NCBI RefSeq assembly: GCF_046119375.1
Contig: NW_027362772.1
Span: forward strand, 310,558,001 to 310,622,000
Length of the DNA stretch: 64,000 nucleotides
Direction of reading: 5' to 3'
Origin: Phyllobates terribilis
Taxonomy: Eukaryota
Part shown: positions 62,340-64,000 of the stretch, in pieces
Position numbering within the stretch: position 1 is the first letter of the stretch
Layout: each line of letters starts with the position of its first letter
Notes under the pieces: generated by a model
What the model was told of the DNA's origin: nothing
Databases searched by the model: none
The model's input: only the letters and a program-made list of their open reading frames with translations
Translations under genes and position numbers: made by a program

Positions 62340-62437
62340 GGGTGCCGTGGCTCGCGGTGAGGTGACCGGTACCGGTAGGTCACGTGTCTCCGGTAGGCGG
62401 CGGTGTTGGGGGGGGGGGGGTCACGTGTTGTCAGAAG
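62340..62437 (+). promoter_or_regulatory. SORL1 proximal promoter / 5' UTR with two GTCACGTG E-boxes
   Basis: gtcacgtg at 62379-62386 and 62420-62427 in CpG-rich sequence just upstream of the ATG. Confidence 0.5.
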
Positions 62438-62638
62438 ATGGCGGAGTGTGAGGCGATGAGGAGGCGGCGGCGGCGGTGGTCGCTCTCGGTGGCCGGGATG
62501 TGGATGCTCTGTCTGGGGGTCGCCGTTGCTGGGGAGGGCACAGTGACCGCCCGGTACCAGGGACCCGGGAGGAGCGGAGAGCGGAGCAGGAGGAGCCCGC
62601 AGCCCAGCGCCGAGCACCCAGTGCGGCTGTACGGTCAG
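62438..62638 (+). CDS. SORL1: SORL1 (sortilin-related receptor, SorLA) coding exon 1, 201 nt / 67 aa; the gene continues beyond the window
   Basis: Kozak aagATGg; signal-peptide-like WSLSVAGMWMLCLGVAVAG; furin-type RSRR followed by SPQPSAEHPVRLYGQ|gtgagg, which corresponds to human RRKR-SAALQPEPIKVYGQ at a phase-0 intron. It lies downstream of SC5D on the same strand, as in mammals. Confidence 0.85.
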
Positions 62639-62679
62639 GTGAGGAGGAGCCGGGAGGGCTGACACCTGTGTATATACAT

Positions 62680-64000
62680 ATACCATGCCCCCCTATATCG
62701 CTGTGTGTATATACGTATGGATACAATGCCCCCCTATACCGCTGTGTGCATATACGTATGGATACAATGCCCCCCTATACCGCTGTGTGTATATACGTAT
62801 GTATACAATGCCCCCCTATACCGCTGTGTGTATATACGTATGTATACAATGCCCCCCTATACTGCTGTGTGTATATACGTATGTATACAATGCCCCCTAT
62901 ACCGCTGTGTGCATATACGTATGTATACAATGCCCCCCTATACCGCTGTGTGTATATACGTATGTATACAATGCCCCCCTATACCGCTGTGTGTATATAC
63001 GTATGTATACAATGCCCCCCTATACCGCTGTGTGTATATACGTATGTATACAATGCCCCCCTATACCGCTGTGTGTATATATACGTATACAATGCCCCCT
63101 ATACTGCTGTGTGTGTATATACACGTATGAATACAATGCCCCCCTATACTGCTGTGTATATATACGTATGTATACCATGCCCCCTATACTGCTGTGTGTA
63201 TATATACGTATACAATGCCCCCTATACTGCTGTGTGTGTATATACACGTATGAATACAATGCCCCCCTATACTGCTGTGTATATATACGTATGTATACCA
63301 TGCCCCCTATACTGCTGTGTATACCATGCCCCCCTATACCGCTGTGTGTATATACGTATGTATACAATGCCCCCCTATACTGCTGTGTGTATATACGTAT
63401 GTATACAATGCCCCCCTATACCGCTGTGTGTATATACGTATGTATACAATGCCCCCCTATACCGCTGTGTGTATATATGTATGTATACAATGCCCCCCTA
63501 TACCGCTGTGTGTATATACGTATGTATACAATGCCCCCCTATACTGCTGTGTATATATACGTATGTATGCAATGCCCCCCTATACCGCTGTGTGTATATA
63601 CGTATGTATACAATGCCCCCCTATACTGCTGTGTGTATATACGTATGTATACAATGCCCCCCTATACTGCTGTGTGTATATACGTATGTATACAATGCCC
63701 CCTATACTGCTGTGTGTATATACGTATGTATACAATGCCCCACTATACTGCTGTGTGTATATACGTATGTATACAATGCCCCCCTATACTGCTGTGTGTA
63801 TATACGTATGTATGCAATGCCCCCCTATACCGCTGTGTGTATATACGTATGTATGCAATGCCCCCCTATACTGCTGTGTGTATATACGTATGTATACAAT
63901 GCCCCCCTATACTGCTGTGTGTATATACGTATGTATACAATGCCCCCCTATACTGCTGTGTTTATATACGTATGTATACAATGCCCCCCTATACTGCTGT
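62680..64000. repeat. ~41-bp tandem repeat at the start of SORL1 intron 1; runs off the right edge
   Basis: Unit atacaatgcccccctataccgctgtgtgtatatacgtatgt. Confidence 0.97.

Overview
Vertebrate genomic DNA, most likely an anuran (frog); this is inferred from the repeat families and gene content. Three genes are supported, all on the + strand. The first is an intact single-exon olfactory receptor (7859-8794). The second is a complete SC5D lathosterol oxidase gene, with a non-coding exon 1 ending at 15804 and four coding exons at 18956-22602 (283 aa). The third is the first coding exon of SORL1 (62438-62638), which preserves the SC5D-SORL1 order known from other vertebrates. About half of the window is unrelated tandem arrays (29-91 bp units, several with kb-scale higher-order repeats), and these produce nearly all of the long ORFs in the track. 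The most notable structure is a three-layer nest of related LTR sequences at 34616-43862, each layer with an intact 4-bp target-site duplication: a solo LTR contains a minus-strand element, which contains a very young plus-strand element. Both complete elements lack pol, have a tRNA-Ser primer-binding site, and carry an unexplained ORF. One ORF ends in a motif resembling the C-terminal half of a cold-shock domain; the other has in-frame internal repeats. Also present are CR1, L2 and Tc1 relics, several MITEs, a degenerate Penelope-type minimal hammerhead, six tandem copies of the SC5D exon-1 splice donor, and a CTCF-like motif cluster. All coordinates were read by eye; array boundaries are approximate.
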